Shown here one piece after another: positions 39,301-47,899 of a DNA stretch of 60,899 bases. How positions within the stretch are numbered: the first letter of the stretch is position 1; each line of letters begins with the position of its first letter. Made by a program: the position numbers and the translations under genes. The stretch lies in the IMG/VR virus record IMGVR_UViG_3300009164_002363, positions 1-60,899 of that record; one strand, given 5' to 3'. The stretch is from a virus. Taxonomy: Duplodnaviria > Caudoviricetes. The notes beneath the pieces are model-generated. The model ran no database searches. It was not told where the DNA came from and was given only the letters and a program-made list of their open reading frames with translations.

Positions 39301-39824
39301 TCGTCAGGATTTCCAAACTGGCGAGTTGCAGGAAGGGCTGCATTTATTATTTTAATAAACTGATCATACCAGTTAGCATTAGCTGGATCGTTCCACCCAA
39401 TTACTTGATTAACTAGGTTTCGACCGTTAGAATCAACCACTGTTTGAGTAGTCTGTACTGCTGTAAATTTTAATAGACCGCTACCGGCTATGTTACGTTT
39501 TGGGTTATAACTAAGCAAGCGGGCAAGGCGTAATACGCTGTCACGACGTTCTGCTAGCTCTAAAAAGTTCTCACGAGCGTTTAAATCTGTGCGGAAACTA
39601 ATGCTTTGGCCAAGGAATGCAATTAGGTCAATAAGGGCTAAGTATTCTGAACTTTCAATGTAATCGTTAAAATCTTCCGGATAGTTTTCACGGATATAAT
39701 TAATCATTACTCTGCGAAGATTTTCAAAGTCGTAGCTTTGGAAATCCGCATTACGAAACGTCTGGTATATACGTTTCCAATCTTCTGCTACCAGTAATCT
39801 ATTTTGTCGATCAGTTGCTGACAT
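36360..39824 (-). CDS. gp6: baseplate wedge protein
   Basis: YDFENLR..IRENYPEDFNDYIESS, ENFLELAERRDSVLRLARLLSYNPKR, FSDGTFG, QNRMITAEDY. Confidence 0.85.
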   Translation of the reverse strand: MSATDRQNRLLVAEDWKRIYQTFRNADFQSYDFENLRRVMINYIRENYPEDFNDYIESSEYLALIDLIAFLGQSISFRTDLNARENFLELAERRDSVLRLARLLSYNPKRNIAGSGLLKFTAVQTTQTVVDSNGRNLVNQVIGWNDPANANWYDQFIKIINAALPATRQFGNPDDKADIYNIPTEQYRFQAANVSVPVYAFTKAIDGRNMSFEVVSTTFKGAEEIYEEPPAIGNRLGFVYRNDGRGAGSTNSGFFLHFRQGILNQGTFTIDQPATNETVDLDAVNVNNTDVWLYRLNQTGVESEYWAKVPSLEGNNIIYNSLNKSIKNIYNVTTRSNDRISLTFSDGTFGNLPRGTFRVYYRASNGISYTINPRDVKNVVIEVPYVSNFGQAETLTLTLSLQSSVSNSTEAESNTSIKNNAPSTYYTQNRMITAEDYNLSPLGINQEVIKVKAVNRSASGISRYFDLVDPTGKYSKTNLFGDDGALYKEEYTSSFRFNYTTRTDIEAVIYNQVYETLKTAQLRDFYYSKFSRVTIENVTWYSNTVDTNQSTGSLRTSGVPVMLGSYTSTNLRFVTAGSLLKFTAPANKYFNKSNDNKLETIDPANPAANSTDSLWVKVISVVGDGTNAGSGTLIDGSGTVILNDIIPETSILSAIIPAWKAAISPTVIATMVDLIFSNKPFGLRYDTETATWKIVFEVNLNTLENFSTANQGNNSNQQRDSSWLILFTTNTEFYTVKSRLIRYIFESDKQIRFFFDASDKIYDTRTNTIVKDKIKVLGINTAPPAFISSFTYDREWEITEEFTGLDGYVDTKKIQITFSDTDDDSVVDNPELFEEIVDQMDILNPVADDRKYVILERYIIAQGQEDYKLFDNSNGTVLIKDSELATVNEGLQNFNNGQYFYFKDVDVVKQLNSNSSFTLSLNYKVYNGRKDVKFQYIHNADYESRIDPGLTNIIDTFILTKQYDKTYRQWLAGSRTTEPLAPSTDYLYTLLSTDLNKIKSISDELIYHPVKYKVLFGEKASLDVQATFKIVKNSEIVISDNDVKSRVLSAINEFFALENWDFGDSFYFSELSSYVMSRLTPNIVNFLIVPKDTTLSFGGLYEIRSEKDQIFINGATIDNLEIISAVTASKINSSGTITMTSSTLSTQSITSGSY

Positions 39825-39845
39825 ACGCCCTTCCCAATTATTGAG

Positions 39846-39852
39846 TATTTAG
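39846..39852 (-). promoter_or_regulatory. late promoter-like CTAAATA
   Basis: Intergenic, upstream of the gp6 start. Confidence 0.6.
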
Positions 39853-39873
39853 CGTAGTTTATTATGTAGGAGT

Positions 39874-40317
39874 TTAATTCATTAGTCCATTAGCTTGATC
39901 AAATTTCAGCTGTATAGACTCCTGTATGTAGTATGGAAGGTAAGTTAATCTACATTCAATCTGAAGACCACTGTCATACTGTGTAATGATAACTTGGTCA
40001 GCACGGACACGTGGATCATAATTAATTATGTCTTCGACATTCTTTGCCACCAACTGCTTTAGTTCTTCAGTTAGCGGTTCAAATAAAATATCCCAGATCA
40101 CTGTGCCAAATGTTGGATCGTTTAACTTCTCTCCTTGACGTATATGAAAATGATTAAGTATATCCTGTTTGATTAATGCTAGATCGTATAGTGCAAAACT
40201 AGCAGCATCAGGGGAAATCGTGCTGAATCCTTTGTAAGTTTTTGTGCCAGGAACATTCTGTTGTGTCTTAACACCTGGTAAAACAATTTTATCATATAGT
40301 TTAGGATTAGCTGACAT
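39874..40317 (-). CDS. gp25: baseplate wedge subunit (gp25/GPW family)
   Basis: IKQDILNHFHIRQGEKLNDPTFGT..LFEP, INYDPRV. Confidence 0.9.
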   Translation of the reverse strand: MSANPKLYDKIVLPGVKTQQNVPGTKTYKGFSTISPDAASFALYDLALIKQDILNHFHIRQGEKLNDPTFGTVIWDILFEPLTEELKQLVAKNVEDIINYDPRVRADQVIITQYDSGLQIECRLTYLPYYIQESIQLKFDQANGLMN

Positions 40318-40325
40318 AGTAATAT

Positions 40326-42110
40326 TTATTCGCCTGTATTATCATCTTCGGGATCTGCCGGGGTAGCAAGCCTAACAAACGTATCTTCAGCTGTAGAATA
40401 CTGTTTCCATGCGTCTGCAGGAGCAATCATTGTTTCTGAAAAATCTGATTGGTCAGCGGTTTGTTCACCGTCTGTATCTTCATATCTGTCGTCTAGATCT
40501 CTGTCGGTTTCTTCTGGTTTAACTTTTAATGGATCTAAGTTTTCATGGTATGGGTACGGTTCAAACGTTGGCACACGACGCATAATGCTTGGAGGTATGA
40601 CATCTTCTACAAACTCACCAGATTCATCTGACAGCTTGTGCAATTTTAAACGTTGTGGTAATTCTGCTTCACTAGCTTCACTAGCTTCACTTGCTGTAGA
40701 TGCAGTGGGTCCGTTAAAATTAATGTTACCCCCAGATATAGTAGTATTAGCTGCGTTAACTTCTGTATTATCTCCGGAGGTTTGAAAGTTATGACCCCCA
40801 ATATTAAAATCAAAATTTCCACCAACTTTATGTTGGTAGTTGCCGTCAAACACTTTATCTACATTTTCTAATACATGGTGTAGATAGTTTTGATCATACA
40901 ATTTATTAACATCTTGCTTAACATGATGTGTATAATTTTGTTCGTACGTTTTATCAACATCCATCTTTACATGAATTTTTTGATTGCCGTCAACTATTAA
41001 GATTTGGTCTTCTATTACATGTGTGTGTTTTTCACCGCGTACTTTTGTATTAAAATTACGGCCACATTCGATGTTAATATCACGGTCTGCATAGAAATTT
41101 AAATCATTTTGTGTACGTACACTAATGCTGTCTTGCGCATAGATATCTATTTTGCCGTCACTGGTCATTTCAATCCAAGTAGTACCTCGTGCATTGCCAA
41201 TGTAGATCAAATCCTCGGTATTATGCATTAAGATTTGGTGGCCTGTACGGGTTCTAAATCTCATCAACTCATTGTGCAACAGTGTAGGATCGCCATCATC
41301 TTCTTGATTTTCTACTCGCGCATAATCTGGCGGGCCTTCGCTAGCGTTAGTTTTTCTTAACCACTTGTCATCGCCGTCGTCCATGACAAAGCTACTGCCA
41401 CCTAGACGACTAACAAATGTATTTTGATTCCTATATTCTCGTTTACCTACCGCACCTGTCTTAGAACCATCTTGTTTATCAAGTGGGCCAGGTGTTGAAA
41501 TTCCAAAGACCATTGACGGTGTTTCCCTGCGAGCACTGCTTGAGGTAATTCCTCGGATATCATCTTCTAGCAATCCTTGATCATTAAGGACAACTTCTTG
41601 AGGTGTTGCAGGTTTAGTAATAGTAGTTGAGTCAAGAGTTTCAGCACCAATAATTTTATTATATTCTGCAACCGGAACTCTTTCTTTATCTGTAGTCTTA
41701 GATTCATCTACATTGTAGTATGTTGATGCATAACCAGGAGTCATAAAATTCATTTTATCGTCCAGTACACATCCCATCCAGAACCATCCTTGTCCTTCAA
41801 CAAAGATGATCATTACCGTAGATCCTACGTCGGGCGGGATCATCCACATACCATAACTTTTTTGTGTGTTATTATAAGTGTCTTCGGCATCACTTACATA
41901 ATCAACGCTAGTAACTCCGTAAAATGGGCTTAGATACCTTGCTTGAAGAAGTTGCCCTTCTGCCGCATCATCGTTACCAACTTCCCTATATAATTGCACC
42001 TCAAGGATGCCCATATAATTTTTATCATGGTGGCTAATAACTTTGGCCAAGAACGGGCCTGGGTCTGTTTTCCTACCTTCGGATGCGGGGTTTCTTGTAT
42101 CTTCTGCCAT
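40326..42110 (-). CDS. baseplate hub / central spike, gp5/VgrG-like (no lysozyme domain seen)
   Basis: OB-fold motif PPDVGSTVMIIF..G..FWMG, RTRTGHQILM, 8-residue beta-helix periodicity; adjacent to gp25. Confidence 0.75.
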   Translation of the reverse strand: MAEDTRNPASEGRKTDPGPFLAKVISHHDKNYMGILEVQLYREVGNDDAAEGQLLQARYLSPFYGVTSVDYVSDAEDTYNNTQKSYGMWMIPPDVGSTVMIIFVEGQGWFWMGCVLDDKMNFMTPGYASTYYNVDESKTTDKERVPVAEYNKIIGAETLDSTTITKPATPQEVVLNDQGLLEDDIRGITSSSARRETPSMVFGISTPGPLDKQDGSKTGAVGKREYRNQNTFVSRLGGSSFVMDDGDDKWLRKTNASEGPPDYARVENQEDDGDPTLLHNELMRFRTRTGHQILMHNTEDLIYIGNARGTTWIEMTSDGKIDIYAQDSISVRTQNDLNFYADRDINIECGRNFNTKVRGEKHTHVIEDQILIVDGNQKIHVKMDVDKTYEQNYTHHVKQDVNKLYDQNYLHHVLENVDKVFDGNYQHKVGGNFDFNIGGHNFQTSGDNTEVNAANTTISGGNINFNGPTASTASEASEASEAELPQRLKLHKLSDESGEFVEDVIPPSIMRRVPTFEPYPYHENLDPLKVKPEETDRDLDDRYEDTDGEQTADQSDFSETMIAPADAWKQYSTAEDTFVRLATPADPEDDNTGE

Positions 42111-42112
42111 AA

Positions 42113-44572
42113 TTATCCGTCAAATCCTGCAAGATTGTTACTTGCTTGTATTTCTTCTTGTGTTCTTAATTCACCCTCGCCAGTTGCACCATCTGCAACT
42201 GCTGGCTTAACATCTTGTGTATCTTTAATAAGTTTAATTGTGCCACTAGTGTCTGCAGAAGGGTCACTGGTCTGGCCTGCACGTCTAATCAACGTTAATA
42301 CTTGCGTAAATCTTCCTCGATTAAACGTACTTTCAACTCTAGTAACTTGATACAATCCGCTAAACTGATTTACTAATTTTGTTGGGCCAAATTCATACGC
42401 ACCTTTACTCATGTCAAGGTCAATAGGAGTTCTAAAATCTACAGTAATATCAACTTCTCCAGTTTGGTAGTCAATGCTGTAGTCAGCCGTCATATTTTCA
42501 TATTGTGACTTAGGTGCGGTATAATTGCCCATTCCGCTGTCTCCTAGATAATACGGATCGCCTAAAATAGTCAGTGTAGTATTAACCATGTCAAAAGGAT
42601 TGTTTAATACATTATTTTGAAATTCTCTTGCGGCTCTAGTCTCAGGAGTTTCACGGCCACTAGTTCCAGTACCAGTATCTGTTTTAATTACATCACTGCG
42701 TATTTCTTTTGTTGCTTCACCAGCAAGTGGTGCTTTATTTCCAGATTCTGGTGCTACTGATTCTGCATCTTGAGCAGCATTTGCACCAGACGATTCTTTT
42801 GCTCTCTGGGCGCCTTCGTTATTTTTTCCTGCATCTGCAGACATTGCAGAATAGAAGGCCGCTTTAAATTTAATATCAAAATTTATAATATCTAAATTTT
42901 TAGCTGTGTAGATATAGTTGTATGCTTTAACTGCTTGTTTTTTTGCTTGCTTAACTTTAGGGTTAGCAGTGTTTGTTGGCATGAAGCTTGATGCATCAAT
43001 ACCAAATGGTACTACACGATACACAATAAGTTTTGGTTGAACTCCAGTTTTATCTAAATTGTCATCTGATGGAATGGTATATACCTGCGCTTCAATGCGC
43101 CACCATGGAATTTTTCCAGTGTCAGATGTTTGTGTGCTAGTCAGTGCTTGGCGGCCATAGTCGCTCATTAACATGACTTGATTTATAGCATTAGGAATAT
43201 CTGTACCTTGCGAGAATTTAAATGTTCCTTCAGTTGGGTCTATTGCGATGTTTCCTCGGGTGTATACTTTAGCTTTTTCATCGTAGACTAATCCATCTTT
43301 AGCAAAAGATGCATCGCCAATCCTCTCGGGATTAAATCCCATGCTAGCTCGTCCTAACGAATTCATGTCTCCATCTTCTTGTATTAAGGTTCCGTTCCCG
43401 CCTTCGTCTTTAGCCTTTAAGGCTATTTTTAATTTAGTTTGCAGGTCACCGCCTTGTACTGCGCCTGTGCTTGGAGATTGTGTTGCTGACCCACCGTCAT
43501 CTTCATTGTCAGCGGCCGCACCGGACGTTAAGTCACTAGGAAACATAATCAATATTTGATCAGGTACTTTAACAATTCCTTTTTTCTTAGCTGCATCGTT
43601 GAGACGTTCATTTAATACAACTTGTAAACTTCTTTCGCCAGTTTGTAACATCTGTCCAACTGTCTTACCTCTAATTGTGATGTCTGTTTTAAGTTCTAAG
43701 TAACTGCTGGCAAAACCTTTTTCATTCCAAGGAAATGCTGATACATCATATTCAGCACCACGACCGGTTACTTTCATTTCAATAGTGCTTAATTTTAAAG
43801 GAAAGTGCTTTGTTGTTTTTTCTATAGATAATGTATCTGCTGCAATCCCTTGTTGCGCAGAATTTAGATGGCCTTTGAATTCGATTGTTAGCAATAATGG
43901 AACATCCATATAATTCTTATAGCCAGAGGCTTCGGCAGCAATTTGTAAGGATTCAAAAAACAATCCCATGCTATAAATTTCAGTAACTTTAAAATTTATT
44001 TTAGTAGCATTGGTGTTGCCAGTGTCCTTATCTAGGTTGATAACACTTCCGACAGTTAAATTATCCATAAAGAAATCAAATTTACCATATTCAGTCTTTA
44101 CTCGATTATCAGGAGAACCGCTGGCACTTTTAAAAATAATTTGACCCAGTTGTCCTTTCTTGTATGTTTCGTTTGGGAAATTTATGCTTGCGGCATCAAG
44201 TACGCTTAATGTAAAAATATAATTATAACTAGCATAACTGTGTAATATATTTGCCATTGGCAACTCAGTCCTAAGATTTACTGAGGTTGCAGACGAATTA
44301 ATTGACTTACTAAGGTTGCCCAGGTCGACAATGTTTGATATCTGTTGTTGTATTTGCCCAAGTGCGCCGGCGAGGCCTGCAATCTGTCCAGGTATTGCCG
44401 AGGACAGGGCTGTGCCAAGATTACTTATTCCATTGGCTGCTGCTTTTTGTATTCCGCTGATAGCACCGTTGACTGAGCCTAATGCACTGGCCAAGCCAGT
44501 ATTAGATACAATTTTGGTTGCCTGACTAACTGCAGATGTTGCAGAATTAAGTGCCGAATCAAACAATCCCAT
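42113..44572 (-). CDS. baseplate hub-like protein (gp27/late control D-like)
   Basis: C-terminal LTILGDPYY..FSGLYQVTRVESTFNRGRFTQVL is typical of hub proteins; lies immediately upstream of the spike gene. Confidence 0.55.
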   Translation of the reverse strand: MGLFDSALNSATSAVSQATKIVSNTGLASALGSVNGAISGIQKAAANGISNLGTALSSAIPGQIAGLAGALGQIQQQISNIVDLGNLSKSINSSATSVNLRTELPMANILHSYASYNYIFTLSVLDAASINFPNETYKKGQLGQIIFKSASGSPDNRVKTEYGKFDFFMDNLTVGSVINLDKDTGNTNATKINFKVTEIYSMGLFFESLQIAAEASGYKNYMDVPLLLTIEFKGHLNSAQQGIAADTLSIEKTTKHFPLKLSTIEMKVTGRGAEYDVSAFPWNEKGFASSYLELKTDITIRGKTVGQMLQTGERSLQVVLNERLNDAAKKKGIVKVPDQILIMFPSDLTSGAAADNEDDGGSATQSPSTGAVQGGDLQTKLKIALKAKDEGGNGTLIQEDGDMNSLGRASMGFNPERIGDASFAKDGLVYDEKAKVYTRGNIAIDPTEGTFKFSQGTDIPNAINQVMLMSDYGRQALTSTQTSDTGKIPWWRIEAQVYTIPSDDNLDKTGVQPKLIVYRVVPFGIDASSFMPTNTANPKVKQAKKQAVKAYNYIYTAKNLDIINFDIKFKAAFYSAMSADAGKNNEGAQRAKESSGANAAQDAESVAPESGNKAPLAGEATKEIRSDVIKTDTGTGTSGRETPETRAAREFQNNVLNNPFDMVNTTLTILGDPYYLGDSGMGNYTAPKSQYENMTADYSIDYQTGEVDITVDFRTPIDLDMSKGAYEFGPTKLVNQFSGLYQVTRVESTFNRGRFTQVLTLIRRAGQTSDPSADTSGTIKLIKDTQDVKPAVADGATGEGELRTQEEIQASNNLAGFDG

Positions 44573-44573
44573 A

Positions 44574-44873
44574 TTATAATCCCAATATATCTATTAAACT
44601 TGATTTCTTAGGAAGATAAATTTGAGTCCCGGGGATAAAATCAAAGATAGGATCTTGTAAAATATCTAAATTGCGTTGTATAAAAACCCACCACAACTTG
44701 TTAGTGCCATAAAGGTCGTGTGCCAGTAGATCAGGACGATGGCTATACTGTGGTTCTATTGTGTATATTGCATCATCAGCTTCTGCACTTACTGGTCTTA
44801 TTTTTAAAATATTCAAATAATTATTTGATATAGTAGTGTTTGCCCACGGGCTTGTATTGGAATATGTTGCCAT
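44574..44873 (-). CDS. gp53-like LysM-type baseplate wedge protein
   Basis: RPDLLAHDLYGTNKLWWVF..N..PGTQIYLP. Confidence 0.75.
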   Translation of the reverse strand: MATYSNTSPWANTTISNNYLNILKIRPVSAEADDAIYTIEPQYSHRPDLLAHDLYGTNKLWWVFIQRNLDILQDPIFDFIPGTQIYLPKKSSLIDILGL

Positions 44874-45943
44874 TAGATAAATCCGCCTGTGCCGTTAACG
44901 TATCCACCGGTTACAAATTTTTGTAAACTAAATTGTCGAACTGCTTCTCTGCTATAAACTGGTTGTAGAGTAACCGTTAATGTACTCTTATTTGGCACAT
45001 GGGTGTTGCCGCTAGCTGTTGGAAAAGCGCCACCAAGCCCTTGACCTGAACCGCCACTTAATAAGCTAGCAACTCCCCCAATGGCGCCGCCCACAGCTCC
45101 AACTTTACCTAAACTAGTTGCTAGCTTGCCGGCACCTAATGCTCCTGCAACTCCTGCAAGTCCTGAACTTAGTGCTGCAATACCAGAGATGGTTGATGCT
45201 GCGCCGCCTGATGCTGCTCCAAAGCCGCTGAATCCAGCAGTCCCCATTGTTGTAGCAATATAGTTTGCATCAGCTGGAAGGTCAATACTAAAACTAGTAA
45301 TTACTACAGGAACATTTTTAAAAACAAAATCGCCGTAACCGTTTAACGATAGGATAGGAGGAGGACTACCTGCCGAGTCCCCGTCACCTGTGTACATTTT
45401 TGTAGCCGATCTTAAAAAGTGTACGGCAGCAATCCAATACTGTGCTTGGACAGCATCTTCAACGTTAAATGGTCCCGATACAGATATTGCATTTGCTTTA
45501 CTGTTCTGATAAGCCATGAATTGATAATTTTGATGTGTAATTGCAACATCATCGTAACTAGCACTATGAGAAATACTAATTGTTGGAGTGTATGGAAATA
45601 CTAATCCACCTGCACGTTGTAGAGGTGCTAGCACATCACTTGATGCGAAGAAATTTGGAGGGATTGACAAACGTACACGCCAGTCATCTGAATTACCAGG
45701 TCCTGAAAATTGAACTCTTGTTGCTGCGGCTGCTGCGCCCGTGCCTCCACTACCCGGTAAATTGATGCTTCGTAATGCAGAGATCAATCCCGAAGGGTTG
45801 GATAAATTATTAAGGGCACCTGCCAGTTTGCTAGCAGTACCTAACGCACCTTGGATTCCTCCCATTGCGCCGCTGATTGAAGAACCAATAGATTGTGCTT
45901 GGCTAACAACCGACCCAATACTTGAACCTAAGTCAAATCCCAT
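44873..45943 (-). CDS. tail tube initiator / baseplate cap-like protein (gp48/gp54-like)
   Basis: LVFPYTP, GSPPPILSLNGYG..VPVVITSFSIDLP tube-fold motifs; Gly/Ala-rich inserts. Confidence 0.6.
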   Translation of the reverse strand: MGFDLGSSIGSVVSQAQSIGSSISGAMGGIQGALGTASKLAGALNNLSNPSGLISALRSINLPGSGGTGAAAAATRVQFSGPGNSDDWRVRLSIPPNFFASSDVLAPLQRAGGLVFPYTPTISISHSASYDDVAITHQNYQFMAYQNSKANAISVSGPFNVEDAVQAQYWIAAVHFLRSATKMYTGDGDSAGSPPPILSLNGYGDFVFKNVPVVITSFSIDLPADANYIATTMGTAGFSGFGAASGGAASTISGIAALSSGLAGVAGALGAGKLATSLGKVGAVGGAIGGVASLLSGGSGQGLGGAFPTASGNTHVPNKSTLTVTLQPVYSREAVRQFSLQKFVTGGYVNGTGGFI

Positions 45944-45963
45944 TATGGACTCCTTTGTTACTC

Positions 45964-45970
45964 TATTTAG
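45964..45970 (-). promoter_or_regulatory. late promoter-like CTAAATA heading the baseplate operon
   Basis: 20 nt upstream of ATG 45943, which has an AAGGAG RBS. Confidence 0.65.
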
Positions 45971-45999
45971 TTGACAAAATTAAGTACATAGTTTATAAT
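45971..45999 (+). promoter_or_regulatory. sigma70 consensus promoter for gp55
   Basis: TTGACA (45971-45976)-17 bp-TATAAT (45994-45999). Confidence 0.85.
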
Positions 46000-46018
46000 A
46001 TTATAAAATAGGACTACA

Positions 46019-46840
46019 ATGAAAGTTAATTATCTCAACAACAAAGATCTACTAGAAGAAATACATAAAAGTAAAAATACATTTTGCAGTTTTACTGATC
46101 CTGCTTTTCATCGATATGATCTCATTTTACCCAATATTGATAAAATAAACATTAGAACTGTTGCCGAAGCTAAACGTGCGCGGGCCAAGCGCATCGGGCA
46201 AGAAGAATATCAGCGGCGCAAGGCCCTTGGAGAAAAGGTCAAGCAAGCAGACACCGAAGTTGATTATAAAAAAATTGCCAAGACTGATGTGATTTTTCGC
46301 ATAATGTCCTTTGATCATATTCCGTTGAACGGCACACGCAAGAAAAATCCTAAAACTCTAGCAGATCATAGAGATAAAGTAAATTTTCCCCCGTTCCAGC
46401 ATTGGAAGTTTGATGAAAATGATATTCTAGTGTGTGTTGGCAAAAGCCATTGGAAGGGTGATTTAGAAAAGGGCAAATTTAATAAAGATCACGGGCAGAT
46501 TACTAACACACTAGCCCGTATGTACATTAAATTGTGCGAACGCTATGCTACTCGTGGTAATGTCCGTGGCTATACTTACAATGATGAGATGCGAGGGCAG
46601 GCTATTCTGCAACTTACACAAATTGGGTTACAGTTTGATGAAAGTAAATCAGATAATCCGTTTGCTTACTTTACAGCCGCAGTTACTAACAGTTTTGTAA
46701 GAATTATTAATTTAGAAAAACGTAATCAAAACATCCGCGATGATCTATTAGAAATTAATGGCATGAATCCTAGCTATAGTAGGACTGGCTCAGGTGAACA
46801 TGCAGCCGCTGTCAAACGATTCGACGAAACTACCGATTGA
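46019..46840 (+). CDS. gp55: late-transcription sigma factor
   Basis: NYLNNKDLL, RGYTYNDEM, FDESKSDNPFAYFT..NSFVRIINLEK; upstream of gp47/gp46 as in T4-like phages. Confidence 0.85.
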   Translation: MKVNYLNNKDLLEEIHKSKNTFCSFTDPAFHRYDLILPNIDKINIRTVAEAKRARAKRIGQEEYQRRKALGEKVKQADTEVDYKKIAKTDVIFRIMSFDHIPLNGTRKKNPKTLADHRDKVNFPPFQHWKFDENDILVCVGKSHWKGDLEKGKFNKDHGQITNTLARMYIKLCERYATRGNVRGYTYNDEMRGQAILQLTQIGLQFDESKSDNPFAYFTAAVTNSFVRIINLEKRNQNIRDDLLEINGMNPSYSRTGSGEHAAAVKRFDETTD

Positions 46841-46865
46841 CCTGTTGTTCTAGAACAGCTATAAT
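46837..46865 (+). promoter_or_regulatory. sigma70-type promoter for gp47/gp46
   Basis: TTGACC-17 bp-TATAAT; spacer contains the palindrome TGTTCTAGAACA. Confidence 0.75.
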
Positions 46866-46885
46866 GTAATGATGGAGAACGCACA

Positions 46886-47899
46886 TTGAGTAATCTTTTT
46901 AAAAAAGTAGCCTGTTTTACAGACATCCACTTTGGATTAAAGTCTAACAGCCAAGTACATAACCAAGACTGCGAGGATTTCGTAGATTGGTATATTGCCA
47001 AAGCCAAGGAGGAAGGGTGTGATGTTGGAATTTTTATGGGTGATTGGCATCACAATCGCAACAGTCTTAATATCACTACTATGGACTATAGTCTTAGGGC
47101 CCTGGAAAAGCTCGGTAAGGCGTTTGATCAATTTTATTTCTTTCCTGGCAATCATGATCTTTATTACAAAGACAAACGAGATATACACTCTGTCGAGTTC
47201 GGCAAGTATATTCCTGGAATTACTGTTGTTCATGAGCCTACTACCATTGGCGATGTTACACTTTGCCCGTGGCTCGTCGGAGAAGAATGGAAAGCTGTAG
47301 GTAAAAAAGGCGGCAAATATATATTTGGACACTTTGAGTTGCCCAGCTTCTTTATGAATGCTATGATACAGATGCCGGATCACGGTGAGATTCAGCTAGA
47401 TAGCTTTAAAGGATACGAACTAGGATTTAGTGGGCACTTCCACAAACGCCAACAGCAACGTAATATGATCTATATTGGCAATGCATTTCCTCATAACTAT
47501 GCAGATACATGGGATGACGAGCGCGGCATGATGATCCTTGAGTGGGGTGGTCAGCCAGAGTATCACACATGGCCCATGCAACCAACATTCCGCACGGTTA
47601 AACTAAGTCAACTTATTGACGAAGCTGATACAATTATTAAACCTAATCAGCATCTGCGTGTTAGTCTTGATATTGATATCACTTATGAAGAGGCAAGTTT
47701 TGTCAAAGAAGACTTCATGAACAAGTACGACATTCGAGAATTAACACTTATTCCCGAAAAGAAAGAATTAGAAATTAATACTGACATTGACATACAGGCA
47801 TTTGAGAGTGTAGATCAAATTGTTAGTAATCAACTAATCAATATCGAAAGCGATACATTTGATAAAAAAATATTGTTGGAAATTTATAATAGCCTATGA
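46886..47899 (+). CDS. gp47: Mre11/SbcD-like recombination endonuclease
   Basis: DIHFG, GDWHH, GNHD, GHFE and SGHFH phosphoesterase motifs; TTG start after GGAG. Confidence 0.93.
   Translation: MSNLFKKVACFTDIHFGLKSNSQVHNQDCEDFVDWYIAKAKEEGCDVGIFMGDWHHNRNSLNITTMDYSLRALEKLGKAFDQFYFFPGNHDLYYKDKRDIHSVEFGKYIPGITVVHEPTTIGDVTLCPWLVGEEWKAVGKKGGKYIFGHFELPSFFMNAMIQMPDHGEIQLDSFKGYELGFSGHFHKRQQQRNMIYIGNAFPHNYADTWDDERGMMILEWGGQPEYHTWPMQPTFRTVKLSQLIDEADTIIKPNQHLRVSLDIDITYEEASFVKEDFMNKYDIRELTLIPEKKELEINTDIDIQAFESVDQIVSNQLINIESDTFDKKILLEIYNSL

Noticed and set aside
46842-46858. LexA SOS box in the gp47 promoter
   Set aside because: Reads CTGT-N9-ACAG rather than the canonical CTGT-N8-ACAG.
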